This document shows, in pieces, positions 28,063-44,745 of a stretch of DNA of 64,000 bases. Position numbers and translations under genes: made by a program. The stretch comes from Chrysemys picta bellii (taxonomy: Eukaryota). The stretch covers positions 29,078,001 to 29,142,000 of the forward strand of contig NC_088803.1 in assembly GCF_011386835.1 (NCBI RefSeq), given 5' to 3'. How positions within the stretch are numbered: position 1 is the first letter of the stretch; the number at the start of each line of letters is the position of its first letter. The notes under the pieces are model-generated. The model saw only the letters and a program-made list of their open reading frames with translations. It was not told the origin of the DNA and did not search any database.

Positions 28063-28105
28063 GTCCCACGCAGAACGATGGTTCCAGAGCAAGAAATGAC
28101 ACAAG
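28063..28105 (+). CDS. ITCH: ITCH coding exon 5 (short linker exon)
   Basis: SPTQNDGSRARNDTR resembles the vertebrate ITCH linker; acceptor ttaag, donor gtagga; 43 nt, and the phases (1 to 2) fit both neighbours. Confidence 0.8.
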
Positions 28106-28410
28106 GTAGGAGTTCATTTCTTGCCTGAGTTGTTCATGTGCTGCTTTTAGATTATTATAGCAGTGCAGCATCACCATTATACTTAAGCTTGCATTATGAC
28201 TTTTGTTTAAAGGTCACCTTTCTAAGTACTCTAAAATCAGTATGCTCAGTCGGATTCGTTTGAAGTTAGGTGGACCGCGGGAGTGTGCAGGGTAAGGTTA
28301 GTAGTCCAGATTTGAGGTCATTCGAGCTAGGGGGTTGCAGAGACAAATCCCCCCAAAAATAGCCATTACTCTAAAATTTTCCATTCTATGTGGTGTTTTT
28401 CTGCACAGGC

Positions 28411-28567
28411 ATGCCTGCATCTGTAACTTTCACTCTATGCATCTGAAGGAAGTGAGGTTTTTACCCACCAAAGCTTATGCCCAAATAAATCTGTTTAGTC
28501 TTTAAGGTGCCACCAGACTCCTTGTTGTTTTTGTAGATACAGACTAACACGGCTACCCCCTGATACT
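28411..28567 (+). mobile_element. Penelope-like element 3' pseudo-LTR remnant with degenerate hammerhead motif
   Basis: gcatctgaaggaagtgaggtttttacccaccaaagcttatgcccaaataaatctg...gatacagactaacacggctaccccctgatact; same subfamily as the 7610 copy. Confidence 0.82.
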
Positions 28568-28624
28568 TGACAGTTACTTGGATTGCTTTGAAATTTGGTT
28601 TGTCTAACGATGTACGGTAGCATT

Positions 28625-28850
28625 AAACTTTTCAGCTTGGAAAAGAGACAACTAATGGGGGATATGATAGAGGTCTATAAAATCATGACTGATATAGAGA
28701 AAGTAAATAAGGAAGTGTTATTTACTCCTCCTCATAACACAAGAACTAGGGGTCACCAAATGAAATTAATAGTCAGCAGGTTTAAAACAAACAAAAGGAA
28801 ATATTTTTTCACACAATGCACAGTCAATCTGTGGAACTCCTTGTCAGAGG
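28625..28850 (+). mobile_element. CR1 LINE internal ORF2 fragment
   Basis: [20 protein letters not shown]...RTRGHQMKL...[17 protein letters not shown]; near-identical to part of the 2518 copy. Confidence 0.9.
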
Positions 28851-31795
28851 AAAAGAAGAAAAAAAACAGGTTTCCTTCTGCTGCCTTGTACTGTTAAACT
28901 GATAAGTACTTAATGACTGAATGAATCCCAGACCTTGCTGAGATTAATGGTTGTGAGCTCACAAGGCTGTGCCTGTGTAACCGATTTGGTCAGTTCTTCC
29001 TCCTCCCAGGTCTTGGGCCGTGTCTATACACAGACCTGCTCTGGTTGAAATAAGCTGGTTTAGTTAAATCAGTGCAAACCCATGGCGATATTCTTAATTT
29101 GGTTTAAAAATGTTTATTTTGGTTTAGTTTAATCCTGCTCCTTTTTGATTTAGATTAAACTGAAATAAGTGTGTCCATTGTTCCAATACGATACAGTTCT
29201 TGTAGGATGCTTTGATCTTATTAAAACAATCTCTTTCAACATCTGGGGCCAGTTCTGTGAGGACTCTGAAGACAATGGACTGAAACTTTGAACTTGATTG
29301 TGTTCACTAGGCGTTTTGAACCAGCTGGATGCGTAAAGGGTACTTTTTTCATTCTTAGGTACCAAGGATACTTTTCATCCTGTCACATGTTGAAAGCCAT
29401 CTCTGCTGCTGAGGCAATATGTTCTGTATGCCCCCAAACAGAAGGACCTCTCTGCCCTTTAGGAGCTGTTTATCAAATATATGAACATCTAAATTACTTA
29501 CACAATCTCCATACCAGCTACAATTATATGATGCTCAGTGAGGGTTTATCTTGGGACAGCTATGCGTTGTTTATATAACAAACTGATTCTAGAATGTGTG
29601 GGTAGCATAAGTGTTCTTATATATCAAATAACATCTTTATATACATCATACCCCCCCTTCCCCCCAGGCTGATTTTGATAATGTATGCAAGAGGATAAAA
29701 TATAATGCTCTTGACCTTAATGTTCAAAACCCGAGTAAGATGTTCTGGGACTGAGCAAAAACTAGGCTTTAACTCTAGTAAATTTCAAATCACTGTTGAT
29801 TAGCACATGATCATATAGTCACTTATTTTTAAATTCTTTGGGGGCAATAAGGCATAGTAACTTAAATTATCATGAGCACTGTCCCTGATACAGAGCAAAA
29901 GTAGTGCTGTATATTTAGGTCAAACATGTACGTAATTGGGCTTGATTCCACATATCTGGTGAAATACAACTTCTATTCCTAGCCTCTTTCTTACTTTGAA
30001 TAAAAAATTCCAAGTGTACAAATAGTATGTTTATTACAGAGATACTTGGTTATGATTCCCTAGATGAGATTGCAACTAGTGGTCCACTGTAAAACTTATT
30101 CTGACCCATCCACACTGATCAATGAACAATGTACCTGTACAGAATTTTATTTTCAGAAGTGTAGGGTCTGATAAGTTTATATGGCAGCAATTCTAATCTG
30201 ATACAAAAAAGGTCTTCAGTTATTGAGTCATTTATATCTGAATTATGGCTTATGTAAAAGTTTGAAAATTCATGATAGGCGGCAGTGAAGCCTGCAGTTA
30301 AAGTTGTCAAACATTTTCCATTACAAGTCCCTGTTTTCAGTTGCTTGTAATTTTGTCAAATTTGAATCATTCAGGCTGAAATTTTCTGTGCTTGGTTGGA
30401 TGACCAATACATCTGAAAAATGTGTGTCTTCTTAAGGTTTAACAGACCTTTACAATTCAAACATAAAAAAGCAATGCCATATTGTTACCCGTAACAAAGA
30501 AAGGTTTCAAATTAAAGCAGCCAGTAGGAGTACATTACACATTCTTTTGAGTACTTTGTGGCTTTCTGTAATGCTTTCTGTAATGCTTCCTCATTAATGC
30601 TTTTTCCATTCCTGATGGAAGGAGCTTCCCAAATTATTAGTACCTTGGGAATATTCTTGTATCAGAGGGGCGCACAAACACTATCTAAAAATCTGTGGCA
30701 CTTCAGTTGGATTATAGAATTGTCATGTGATCCCCTTGGAAATGAAGTGCTTATTTCCTTTTCCAAACCTCCCAGCAATCCATTGTCAAGGAAATTACAC
30801 TGGTATTTTAAAAGGAGTGCAGTTAGTTTAGTTTATTACAGAGGCTATATTTACAAGTAAATTTCTCTGATACAATAGAAATGTGACATTTTAGTGTCAG
30901 GATTGTTTACCTAATCTTAGCTTGTGATTTCCCTACTTTTTAATATTGTTAAACAAGTGTTTCCAGTGTGTCTTCTCTTGAATTACACTTAGCAACCTTA
31001 ACTCTTAAGTTTACAAAAGTGTTTTGTTTTGTTTTGATAAATTTAGGCATTGTGTATTAAACAATCTGAAAAATGGGGATAATGCCTGCTTTTCTTGAAT
31101 GATGTTAGCTTAATTCCTTAATTTTTGTTAAGATCTTTTAGATCCTATAAAATGGCACTATAAAAGTACAAATATGGTATAAGTGTAACATGCAAATACT
31201 GAAAATAACTCCAAATTGTATTGTATTTGTACTTTCCATGTATTCATTTCCCTTTACGTAAACTCGTGTTTAATTCATAAGTATTTCCTCTAATGTTGGA
31301 TTACTTTATTTATTAAGGTTATGCTGAAAAATTTCATCGGTATCATAGTACAAATCTGTGATTTTTATGAGATGTGTTCATGCTGGTATGAAAATCATTT
31401 GATTAAAAAATAAGTTTTGAAAGCAAACTGAGAATTTTATACAGTTTTCCAATCCCCATGTCTTCTGCTGTTTCCAGTATTCCTATTCCATCCTTCCAAT
31501 CATGGCCTCTTGCTTTTCTTCACCTCTGTTTAAACTCATCTACAAATGCTTCCTGTTAGATATATTGCAACCAACTTAAATTCTGTATAGTTGTATGTCT
31601 GGACTGTGAAGAGATTTATTGCTATAACAAATATGTAAACATATTGTACAAAAACTATTTGTTTTGTATAATATGTTTATAACCGATAAGATTTTTCAGA
31701 ATTTCCTCTACTTAAAGCCATAATAGTTAACTTTTCAGTTCTAATATCTTCTATAAATTCCTAAGAATTCTTGTTTCTATTTTTCCCACACAAAG

Positions 31796-31965
31796 GGCTA
31801 ATGCAAATGGCCTTGAAAGCTATGAGGATGCAGGATCCAGTGAAAGCAGGACTGTTAATGGCAGTGATTCGCCGGTACTCACAAATGGAGTCTTTAAACC
31901 TGCTAGGCCTCCCAGGCCCTCCCGACCACCTCCACCCACTCCTCGTAGACCCTCTTCTGCAGCTG
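31796..31965 (+). CDS. ITCH: ITCH coding exon 6 (proline-rich region)
   Basis: ANANGLESYEDAGSSESRTVNGSDSPVLTNGVFKPARPPRPSRPPPPTPRRPSSAA; acceptor caaag, donor gtatgt; 170 nt. Confidence 0.92.
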
Positions 31966-32066
31966 GTATGTATTCCAGTGCCAACCATCCATTTAAAAGC
32001 TATTTATAAGATACATTCCATTTGAACAGTCCTGGCCATTTCTAATATCTTTTCCTCAGATGTACT

Positions 32067-32071
<5 letters not shown>

Positions 32072-32120
<49 letters not shown>
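32072..32120 (+). repeat. Poly-T homopolymer (49 nt)
   Basis: Uninterrupted T run read directly from the sequence. Confidence 0.9.
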
Positions 32121-32122
<2 letters not shown>

Positions 32123-32676
32123 CAAATCCTTCAGAAATGCTCTGCCACAGAGCAGTTATCTTGCTTCCTGTCTTGGTACATTCTTTCTTAATTGCTGTTT
32201 TTATCATTAGAAATCTCTCATTTCATGTCTGTGAAAGAACAATGGCTATATTGCAACCACTAACAGAAGTGCAGAAAGCCCCCAAAGGGCCTGATTATGC
32301 AAATACTACCAAGGATAATGCTTACTACCATGACACATCCAATTGACTTTGATATGACTACACTAGGTAGTAAGCGTTGGAAGGATTGGTGTCTAAAACA
32401 GCCTTCCTGAGCAGGTAGCAGCATTGGCTCCGGTAGATTACAGTGGGTTTGTTACAAATCCAACCATCTACAGTGTTAAAAACTGTCATATAATAGCAAA
32501 AGGCTGCCAAATTCTTAATTTTTTTGCCTTAAAATAGAGTAAATGTTTTTGTTACTTTTTATCATCTGCCAGTTGCTAACAAAAGGCCATGACATTCAGA
32601 CCTTTCTGATTACATTTAAGTGGCCCCCTAGAGTTTCTTAGGAGACATTATCTCGAGCTGTGGACAAGTGTAGGTA

Positions 32677-32858
32677 CATCTCTACCCCGATATAACGTGA
32701 CCCAATATAACACGAATTCTGATATAACGCGGTAAAGCAGTGCTCTCGGGGGGGGGGGAGGTGCACACTCCGATCAAAGCAAGTTCGATATAACGCGGTT
32801 TCACCTATAACACGGTAAGATTTTTTGGCTCCCGAGGACAGCGTTGTATCGAGGTATG
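32677..32858. mobile_element. pogo/Tigger-type MITE (second copy)
   Basis: tacatctctaccccgatataacg...gcgttgtatcgaggta; collinear with the 21834 copy. Confidence 0.8.
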
Positions 32859-33884
32859 TATGATGTGTTACACAATTGTATTCAGATATAGAGTGCTTAG
32901 AAAACCATATTTATAGGAAAAAAAACACAATGAATTTTTCTTAAAGGGATGTTTGTGGGAGTCAGTTTACTCATGGGAGCAAAGACCAGGCCATCCCATC
33001 AGCCCACTGAGAAGTGGGAATAGTATTTGATTGAATAGCCAGTGCTAGGTGCAGCATGGAATATTCTCAGGAAAGTATCTATAGCGAATGCTGTCCCCTA
33101 CAGAGCTCAGGAAGTAGACTAAATCAGGACTTGGGTTCTTCTTTTTCATCACTAAACTACACTGCATCCCTCATTTATAATATTTTAATATAACTACATG
33201 GGCAGTGCAGGTCTCTTATCTCTTACAATGCTTAGAACATTGTTAAAAGATTATTTCAGTGTTTGTTTAAAAAAAATACAGCAATGTCCATCTCAACTTT
33301 TCAAACCTACTTATCTTGGCCAAATCAAACACAATTTTTGTTTCCTGTTTTTTCCTAAATAATGATATGCTGCTGACCAAATTGAAACTTTAAATGCTTC
33401 CCTTTAAAGTTTTCCACCCATTGTGTTTTTTTTCTTTCTCTCGAGTGAAGTTTCTTTTCAGATCAATGTCATCTAATTTGCTTTTTTGGAAATTGGTATA
33501 GTTCATTTGTAAAAAAAAATAGTTTGTTTAACTGAGCAACATAAAAAGGGATTCATGTACATACCTTCAGTATTTATTGAAAGTAGGCAACTTGCTATTT
33601 TAAAGATAATGAATGTTCCGTCATAGAAATATAAAAGCTATCTGCTAGTTCATGGCAGTACCTAGTAATGTAGCATTTCTGCAAGGTAGGAAAGAACTGC
33701 TTCTGAGTTCCAGTAAGGTAAAATGTGTGGTTTTACACCTACCCTTTTTTTGACAGACCTATTTTACTAGCCTTTGTTTTTGTGGATTAACAATTTCTAA
33801 AACAGATTTCTTGGGTTTTAAACAATAATAAGAGAAAACCAACTAAGAACCTTTCTTCCATTTTTGTTTTCTCTGATTTCATAG

Positions 33885-34119
33885 GCTGTGTCAATGGTCC
33901 TTCATCTATGTCCATAGAAAATGATGAGTCCAGTGCAGGATCCTCACCAAGTACAACTCCAAATGCACCTTCAGAACAGAGCCCTGAGGGGGCAACAGCT
34001 GGAACAACAGTTCCTGCAGCTTCCGCTTTGACCACGCCTCCAGTATCCAGACAAGTCCAGCCAGTAAATCCTCCATCTCAGCCACACAGTACTGTCAGTC
34101 AAGGTCCTCTTCCACCTGG
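33885..34119 (+). CDS. ITCH: ITCH coding exon 7 (linker into WW1)
   Basis: CVNGPSSMSIENDESSAG...STVSQGPLPPG; acceptor catag, donor gtagga; 235 nt. Confidence 0.9.
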
Positions 34120-36850
34120 GTAGGAGTTCAGTACTATTGTACCGTTTAGTTCTGTTTTATCTCACGTACTGCAAACAAACACCCATAGCTTTTGTGTTTT
34201 GCCCGGTAAGACTATCTGTGTAGTTTGATTGGTTTTGAGGCATAGGTTATGCAAGTAAGAAATTAAATTTGTTGGTATTTCTGTTCTCTTTGGTAACATG
34301 CCCTCAAATTATTGAGCTTTTATTCATCTGGCAACCTTTGTCTTCAAATCATGATGTGATCACGTAGTACGATATAGGTCGTAGTGAGCTAACATTGTTA
34401 TTTTGAGGAAAGCAGTTATTGCTTGGGGTAATCAGGATCTAGAAGCCATCCTAAAGTCCTTAATTCCAAATAGCACAAGTCCAGTGAACACTGTAGCCAT
34501 GATCATATGTAGTCTTCAGTTGTAGAATTTGCCAGAGAATCAACCCCTTGTCACAGAATTGCACTTCAGAATGTAAGCATTTTTTTTTTTTTCAAAACTG
34601 GGTGTCTGAACTTCATGATTGTGAAGAAAACCTTTCCAATGTGACCAGTGTAATTTATGAAGTGTTGCCTGCCTTAATCTGTTGGCAGCCTGAAACAGTA
34701 GCTCTGAGGAGTGTGAACTGCCCCATTCACCATACTTGCATGTAAACTCTGAAATCAAACGATAGAATTGGAAATGTTAACCTCGAGTATTTCTCTGCTG
34801 ATAATTTCAGCAGAAATATCAAGCTATTGTACTTATTCCCCAATACCAGGTTGACTCATTCTTCAGATGTTAAAAGTCCCAAATGCTGTATACTCATTAC
34901 CCACTGACAAATTCTGTGATGCAGATATACGCTGTCTGCAAAAATCTGTGGCAAAATGAACATTTAGGGACTTAATAACATTGAATTTAATGAAAAAAAT
35001 CTATAACATATGGGGTAGAGCTGTTCTGATTGTATTATTAATTTTTAAATTTAATTAAATAAAAACCTCAATTTTTTATTTACCTGTTGTTGCCACAAAA
35101 TTTACATCCAGTTGGCCACACAGTAAACAGGGTCTTGTGTATATCTTTTATTGCACCAAGATCACAGGTGTGTTGATGCTGGAATACTGCTCAGAGCAGC
35201 TCCAGTTTAAGGACTTGGGACTCCTAAGATGCTTTCTTTTCAGGACTTATTGCCTGCAGTGCTTTTCCCATTCATCAAGCAGCTCCCAAGATGCTGGCTA
35301 AGAAGTGCAATTTTACTAGATTCCCAATCTCTGAAATTTCTAGCATTTCATAGGTGAGGATTTTATTTAATTTCACTCTGTTGCCAGTACACTAAAACAT
35401 TTAGTAGCAGCCTGGTATAGAGTCCCCATACCCCATAGAATGGTTGGGGAAGAGGGGAACAAACAAGTAGGAGAGGATTTGAAAATATGTTTTAATCTCT
35501 GGGCACTTTAGTCTTTTCAAGAGTTAACTCCTTTTTGGTTCTCCAAATTGAGGAAAAGTTACCAAGAAAACTTGGAACCCTGCCTCTTTGTTCCTGTCCC
35601 TGCCCCATCATTGACTGCTCTTTCAGTTTCTCTTCCTCTCACTTCCCTAGTCATCATTTGACCTCTGCCAAACAGCAGACGATGTCATATGCTCTCACTC
35701 ACATTCAGTCACATATCTGGCAGCTTCCTCTTCATCATAGAGTTGCTTCCTAGCTCCATGCCACAAAGTGTTCATCTTTGGTTCGTTTGGCTGTGAGCTA
35801 TCCATCCATTGCCACGCTTTAGCATGAACAGAATGGGAGAGCCATCTGAGAGAGGTGAGCAGGTTTTGAGCCAAAATAAGATGGTGTGCAGGGTTGGACT
35901 GTCTTCACGGAGGGTTTCCTGAAGCTTCCTTCCTTAGCCACAGAGGCACCCTCTTTCCAGACTTCCCCACAACCCGAGGAAACTAGCTGGTCCTGAAGGC
36001 ATAAAGCACCTCAAGACTAGATGGTATCCATAGGGTCAAAGAAACATCTTTAGTGTCTTACAGAATGATAAAGCAGTATTTGTGCTATATGTCTTCAATG
36101 TAATTTTACAACCTGCTATTTAAGTTTGCTGCACTGCAGCAAATAACAAGCTGTCTACATTATGCTGATCTTAAAGCCTCATCATCTGGGCTAGAATAGT
36201 TTTCCTACAGCTCTGAACCATTCTGTTAGTTTACTGTGGATAAACTGAGCTGTGTACAGTTTGTCATTCTTTTCCATTTCCTGCAATTTGGTCACCCTCC
36301 TATTCTTTCAGGTATTTACATTATCTCGCTGTGCATATAGAAAATTGGTGATAAAGTTTAAAATTTTAAAATACTTCAGCTCCTAATTACAGTGTCTGCA
36401 AAGTTTTATTCAGGTTTATGTGCCAGCTTGCTCTTTTCATATTCTGGATCCAGTGCCACTGACATCACATGGATAAAAATTGGATTCAAATTAATTGCTT
36501 CTAATTGGCTGCTGTCATCTTTGTGGCACACGCTTCAGAGATGGGGTGTTAGCTCTCTTAATACTTAGTGGGTAGAATTCCATCCCTAGCCTATTTGGAA
36601 TTTGATTGCTATTCATTCTGCTTTTGAAGTATTTGAAAATATTTCCTTTTAAATTACCCTTTTAAGTATTATGTTGTACCACTGCCTCCTGTACACAGTT
36701 TTAATAGATCCTGTGAACGAGGTACTAGTTATAAAAGTGCTTTGCAAATAATAAATATTTTATACAAAGTAATTATAGCATTTCTGTTAGCTTTAAACTG
36801 CAAATGCATGATTTGAATAATTTTCTACCTGAAACCAGACATGAATTGTT

Positions 36851-40048
<3,198 letters not shown>

Positions 40049-41591
40049 TGAGTCTGTAGAAGACATCTAGCCTCCGGTGATATGTCTAGGCTATAGTTTA
40101 GCTCAAGTTAATTGATTATTAATAAACTTGAGCTAGCTAACACTTTTTTTTTTATAAAAAATAGTCTCGATATTACACACTTACTCTAGGACACACACAT
40201 TTGTGGTTTGCCCTAGGCTGAGCCCTAAGGTAAATACCAAACACTAGTGGAATATCCAGACTAGCAAGTATAAACATGTTGGCTAGCTCCAGTTAAAAAA
40301 AAAATTCTAGTGTAGATAAGCCCCAGGAGACTTTGTGACCCGATTAAGAGCTTGCAAAATGCTTCTTTGGACCATCTCTCTCCCTATATGAGTGGCACAT
40401 GCTGGTGCCTTGGAGATGAGGCTTAGCCATTTTTTCTCTCTTATTCTCTAAGGATTTAAAAAAAAAAATCTGTATGCATTGTATCTGTTAGGGATGGGGG
40501 AGAGGGAAAAGGTATAGGAAAAAGAGGAGTGGGGAAGTTTTACTCACAGTCAGACACCAAGCAACTGTGTCTGCTTATAAAGAAAAAGGATGCTCAAGAT
40601 CAGTCATGGTAAAAGAAAAGAGATTGTTAGTCTTCCCCACCCTGGGGAAAGGAACCAAAACTGAAAAACCATAGCAAAGGTTACCACAAATAACAGCACA
40701 TGAGTCTTAGTCCCCAAAAATACTAGGTTCACTAACCAGCTCTATATAAATGCTTCCCTGATTAGCTTTCTCCTGAGGTCTCTGGTTTCTATCCTGTTAC
40801 CATAGCTCAGGTTCCCATCTGCTAACCTTGCTACACACCTGCACCTTAAGCAGAGCTTTGCTACCCTACTCTTCCAGTCGTTAATAGCCCAGCAGCCAAG
40901 AGCATTAGCTTTTACACAGGAGCACACATTTTGTATATTTGTCCTTTTCCTGGTTTTCTGGGGACACTGCATCTTTTAACCAAAAAATATTTTTTTCCTT
41001 CACACTTCATTCATATCATATTCACACTCTCACTCCTGTTGCACACAAAACAAGAAAATGTAGAACTGCAGAGCAAACTGATCTCAAAGGGGAAAATACC
41101 ACCCCACCCCACCCCCAACAGACGCACCAACCAATTGCACTAAACTTTACGTCTTATACATTGATATAGTGGAGAGAGTTTATCAGGTATTGATCAATAC
41201 AGGTATTGCAACTGACCTTGCTTAATACCTGACCACTGCTCATTTGAGGTTTTTGGTGAATGTCACTTATTTCAACTTGATATGAAGTGGAAACCAAGTA
41301 AAATGTGGGCACTCTTTTGGTGTTGTGAGGTTAGACTAGAAGTGTCAGAGCATGAGAGTATCTCAAGTTTTTGCAGCCAGAGCTGACAATGTTACTTTAA
41401 TTTTTTTTTAAAGAGGCCAGTAGACTGCAATTACTTCACGTGTCCATCCCATCCCTCAGATCTAACTAATGTATAATAACAGTAGTGACTTACACAGAGC
41501 CAGCCAGATGTGTAAAGCAGCTCTTGAGCACCATTTAAAAGCACTGCGAGTGGGGAGGCTGAGTAGATGGTGGTGTTGTGGAACAAAGTGA

Positions 41592-42097
41592 GGCTATGTC
41601 TACACTACCGCGGTAAGTCAACCTATGCTACGCAACTCCAGCTATGTGAATAATGTAGCTGGAGTCGACGTACCTTAGATCGAGTTACTGTGGGGAGTCG
41701 ATGGAAACTCTCCTGTCGACTTACCCTACTCTTCTCATCGGGGGTAGAGTACAGGGGTCGTGGAGAGTGATCTGCTGTCAATTTGGCGGGTCTTCACTAA
41801 ATTTTCTTTTAAATTAAATTAAAATTAAATTAAATTAATGGAGATATCCTGTCTCCTAGAACTGGAAAGGACCTTGAAAGGTCATCGAGTCCAGCCCCCT
41901 GCCTTCACTAGTAGGACCAAGTACTGATTTTTGCCCTAGATCCCTAAGTGGCCCCCTCAAGGATTGAACTCACAACCCTGGGTTTAGCAGGCCAATGCTC
42001 AAACCACTGAGCTATCCGTCCCCCCCTAGACCCACTAAATCGACCACCGGTGGATTGATCTCAGAGTGTCGATACTGGCTGTAGTATAGGCCTGTCC
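41592..42097. mobile_element. Harbinger/PIF-type MITE interrupted by a SINE
   Basis: ggctatgtctacacta / tagtataggcctgtcc ends with TGA on both sides. Confidence 0.8.
41800..42024 (-). mobile_element. tRNA-derived SINE with CR1-like tail (tortoise Pol III/SINE type)
   Basis: Minus-strand head ggatagctcagtggtttgagcattggcctgctaaacccagggttgtgagttcaatcc (A and B boxes), CR1-like 3' part, AT-rich tail. Confidence 0.85.
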
Positions 42098-42310
42098 TGA
42101 GAATAATTCTCATTTTAGATAGCACTTTTCTCTAGCTCTTTAGATTGTTTCAGCAGGAGCTGTAATGGGAAGATGGGTGCTGACCACATTGAACTTTTCA
42201 TTTAACAAAACTCCACGTCCAATTCCACATTTATCTCCTGCTTGCCTTGCTGCTTGTCTGACTCTAAAATGGTTCTAAGCCTTTGAGTGCTACGTGCTGC
42301 TTGCTGTTGA

Positions 42311-42523
<213 letters not shown>

Positions 42524-42793
42524 TGATATAGAGAAAAAAAGTATTATGGAGCCCCTCCCCCCCCTCCACTACAAACAGATCAAACTTCCTTCCCCTTCTC
42601 CTGCATCCATTCTGCACAGCTTTGTGAAGGTGCACACACTTGGGCTTGGCAAGGGGCTGTCAGAAGATGCCAGAGTTAAAGTTGTGCATTCTTTGAGGTG
42701 TATGGTGGCTGTGTGTTTGTGATGAGGTGTGTCTCTCTGAATGTGGGAGTAGAGGATGGTATGTACAATTGGAAGCCTTAATTTATTTCCTTT

Positions 42794-43040
42794 ATAGATT
42801 CATAGATCCTGGGACTTGAAGGGACCTCGAGAGGTCATCGAGTCCAGTCCCCTGCCCTCGTGGCAGGACCAAATAGTCTAGACCAGGTCTAGACCATCCC
42901 TGATAGACATTTATCTAACCTACTCTTAAATATCTCTAGAGATGGAGATTCCACAACCTCCCTAGGCAATTTATTCCAGTGTTTAACCACCCTGACAGTT
43001 AGGAACTTTTTCCTAATGTCCAACCTAGACCTCCCTTGCT
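42794..43040 (-). mobile_element. CR1 LINE 3' end
   Basis: atagattcatagat tail, then gaagggacctcgagaggtcatcgagtccagtcccctgccc... typical of a CR1 3' region. Confidence 0.87.
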
Positions 43041-43628
43041 TTTGTTATGTATGGCACAACTATAACTGACAAATGGTAGTGTTTGCTGTATTGTATATAG
43101 CTTGTGAAATATTTCTCATGTGGCAAAGTCCACCGATTTACTGGGAAAGGTCAAAGTGGTTAGAAAATGGTTCAATACCCGCTATGGTTTAGATGTTGTT
43201 GCTAGCTAGCAGATGTTGTGGCTTTTTATGCTGGTAATGTTTGGAGACTTGTTCAGGTTAACTCTATTTGTATTCAGTCTTAAATGAATTCTAAATCTTA
43301 GTCACTTCACTATGTAGTATCTTCTCTTGATTGGCCAAAGATTAGTATGGGAAGTTCACCCAGAGGAAGCAATTGAGGGATTTTATGCAGGTAAAATGCA
43401 ATTATACCATGTGATTGGGAGGAAAAAAAGGGGAGTTAAGCAATCCAAAATCCACCAAATACTAGTGAATGGTAGACTTTGACTGGACATCTCCAAATAC
43501 TGCTTGCAGTTAGTTTAGCAAGACAGGTGATGTAGGTTTTTAGTTGCTACTTACATACCCACATTAAGCTACAAGAACAGAGCAGTGTGTTCCCTGATTG
43601 TGTTAGGCTTTCATGTATTGGATTCTGA

Positions 43629-43914
43629 GACTATGGCTACACTAGCACTTTTGTCTGTATAACTTATGTCGCTCAGGAGTATGAAAAAAACACACCCCTG
43701 AGCAACATAATTTACAGTGACAAAAGTACCAGTGGATAGCGCTGTGTCAGTGAGGGAGCGTCCCCTGCCAACATAGCTACTGCCACTCGTGGAGATGGTT
43801 TTATTATGTCGACGGGAGAGCTCTCTCTTGCTGACATAGAGCAGCTACATGAGTGATCTTACAGCAGCACTGGTGTGGCTGTGCCACTGTAAGCTCACTG
43901 GTGTAAACAAGGTC
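43629..43914. mobile_element. Harbinger/PIF-type MITE
   Basis: gactatggctacacta / tggtgtaaacaaggtc ends with TGA on both sides; same family as the 8863, 51104 and 51768 copies. Confidence 0.8.
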
Positions 43915-44273
43915 TGAGACTTGTTTCCCTTCTGTGTAGGGTGGGGCACTTTCCAAAGAAGAAAGTTTAATATTTAATCCCTTGGCATTGCAGTTACAGT
44001 TAACTATACTAATTGCTGCAAAATATGTTAATAGCACTACTCTGAGCCCCTAGTTTCAGTTGGTCAAAGAGTGTTAAAGAGCCCAAATGAATAATCAGTT
44101 TGAAATAAATCTATATCTTTTCTGTAAGAAAAAAAAATTTGGACAGTGATGCCATATGTAGCACTAGCAAGAATGCATTTGCTTTAGTGATTTATGGCTA
44201 AATTAGGAGTCTGGAGAGCAAATTGGTGGTGGGTGGTCATGATTAATGCACCATTTTTGTGTGTAATCTGTAG

Positions 44274-44340
44274 AACCAAGATGTTACCCCCACACAGAAT
44301 GCAGAGTTTGATCCTCTTGGCACCCTGCCACATGGATGGG
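44274..44340 (+). CDS. ITCH: ITCH coding exon 10 (WW2-WW3 linker)
   Basis: NQDVTPTQNAEFDPLGTLPHGW; acceptor tgtag, donor gtaagt; 67 nt. Confidence 0.93.
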
Positions 44341-44745
44341 GTAAGTCTTATTCAAATGGTGTTTTATAACGTAACTTAAACATTAAAGCATACTTCTGCC
44401 AAATTATTTTACCAAATGTTTTTGATCGTACTTTGCTTTTTTTTCCTCTTATGAAATCTGAATTTAAATCCCCTTTTTATTAAATATAATTAAAAGTACA
44501 ATTTAAGAACCAGCTCCTGATACGGTGTATATGCAGTTCCATAAATAGATTAAAAAGTACCCAGTATTATTCTGTTACACTTCTAAGTTGCAACTGACTT
44601 TTTTTTAAGTGTCCTTATACAACATGGACTATTTCCTGCTGCTGTTACTGTCTTAACCATTTTAGTCATACAGATTGTTTTGTATTGTTTCTGGTAGAGA
44701 GCCAGTGCTTGGAAAGTTTTTGTTGGTCTTGGTCTTGAAAGCATT

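Noticed and set aside
28230-28360. CpG-containing segment just upstream of the third Penelope remnant that looks compositionally foreign
   Set aside because: It is too short, has no sustained ORF or recognisable motif, and cannot be assigned without a database search.
32004-32207. Minus-strand ORF with a poly-lysine tract, or a possible retrocopy poly(A) tail
   Set aside because: The lysines are just the T49 run. I saw no polyadenylation signal, TSD or recognisable parent transcript.
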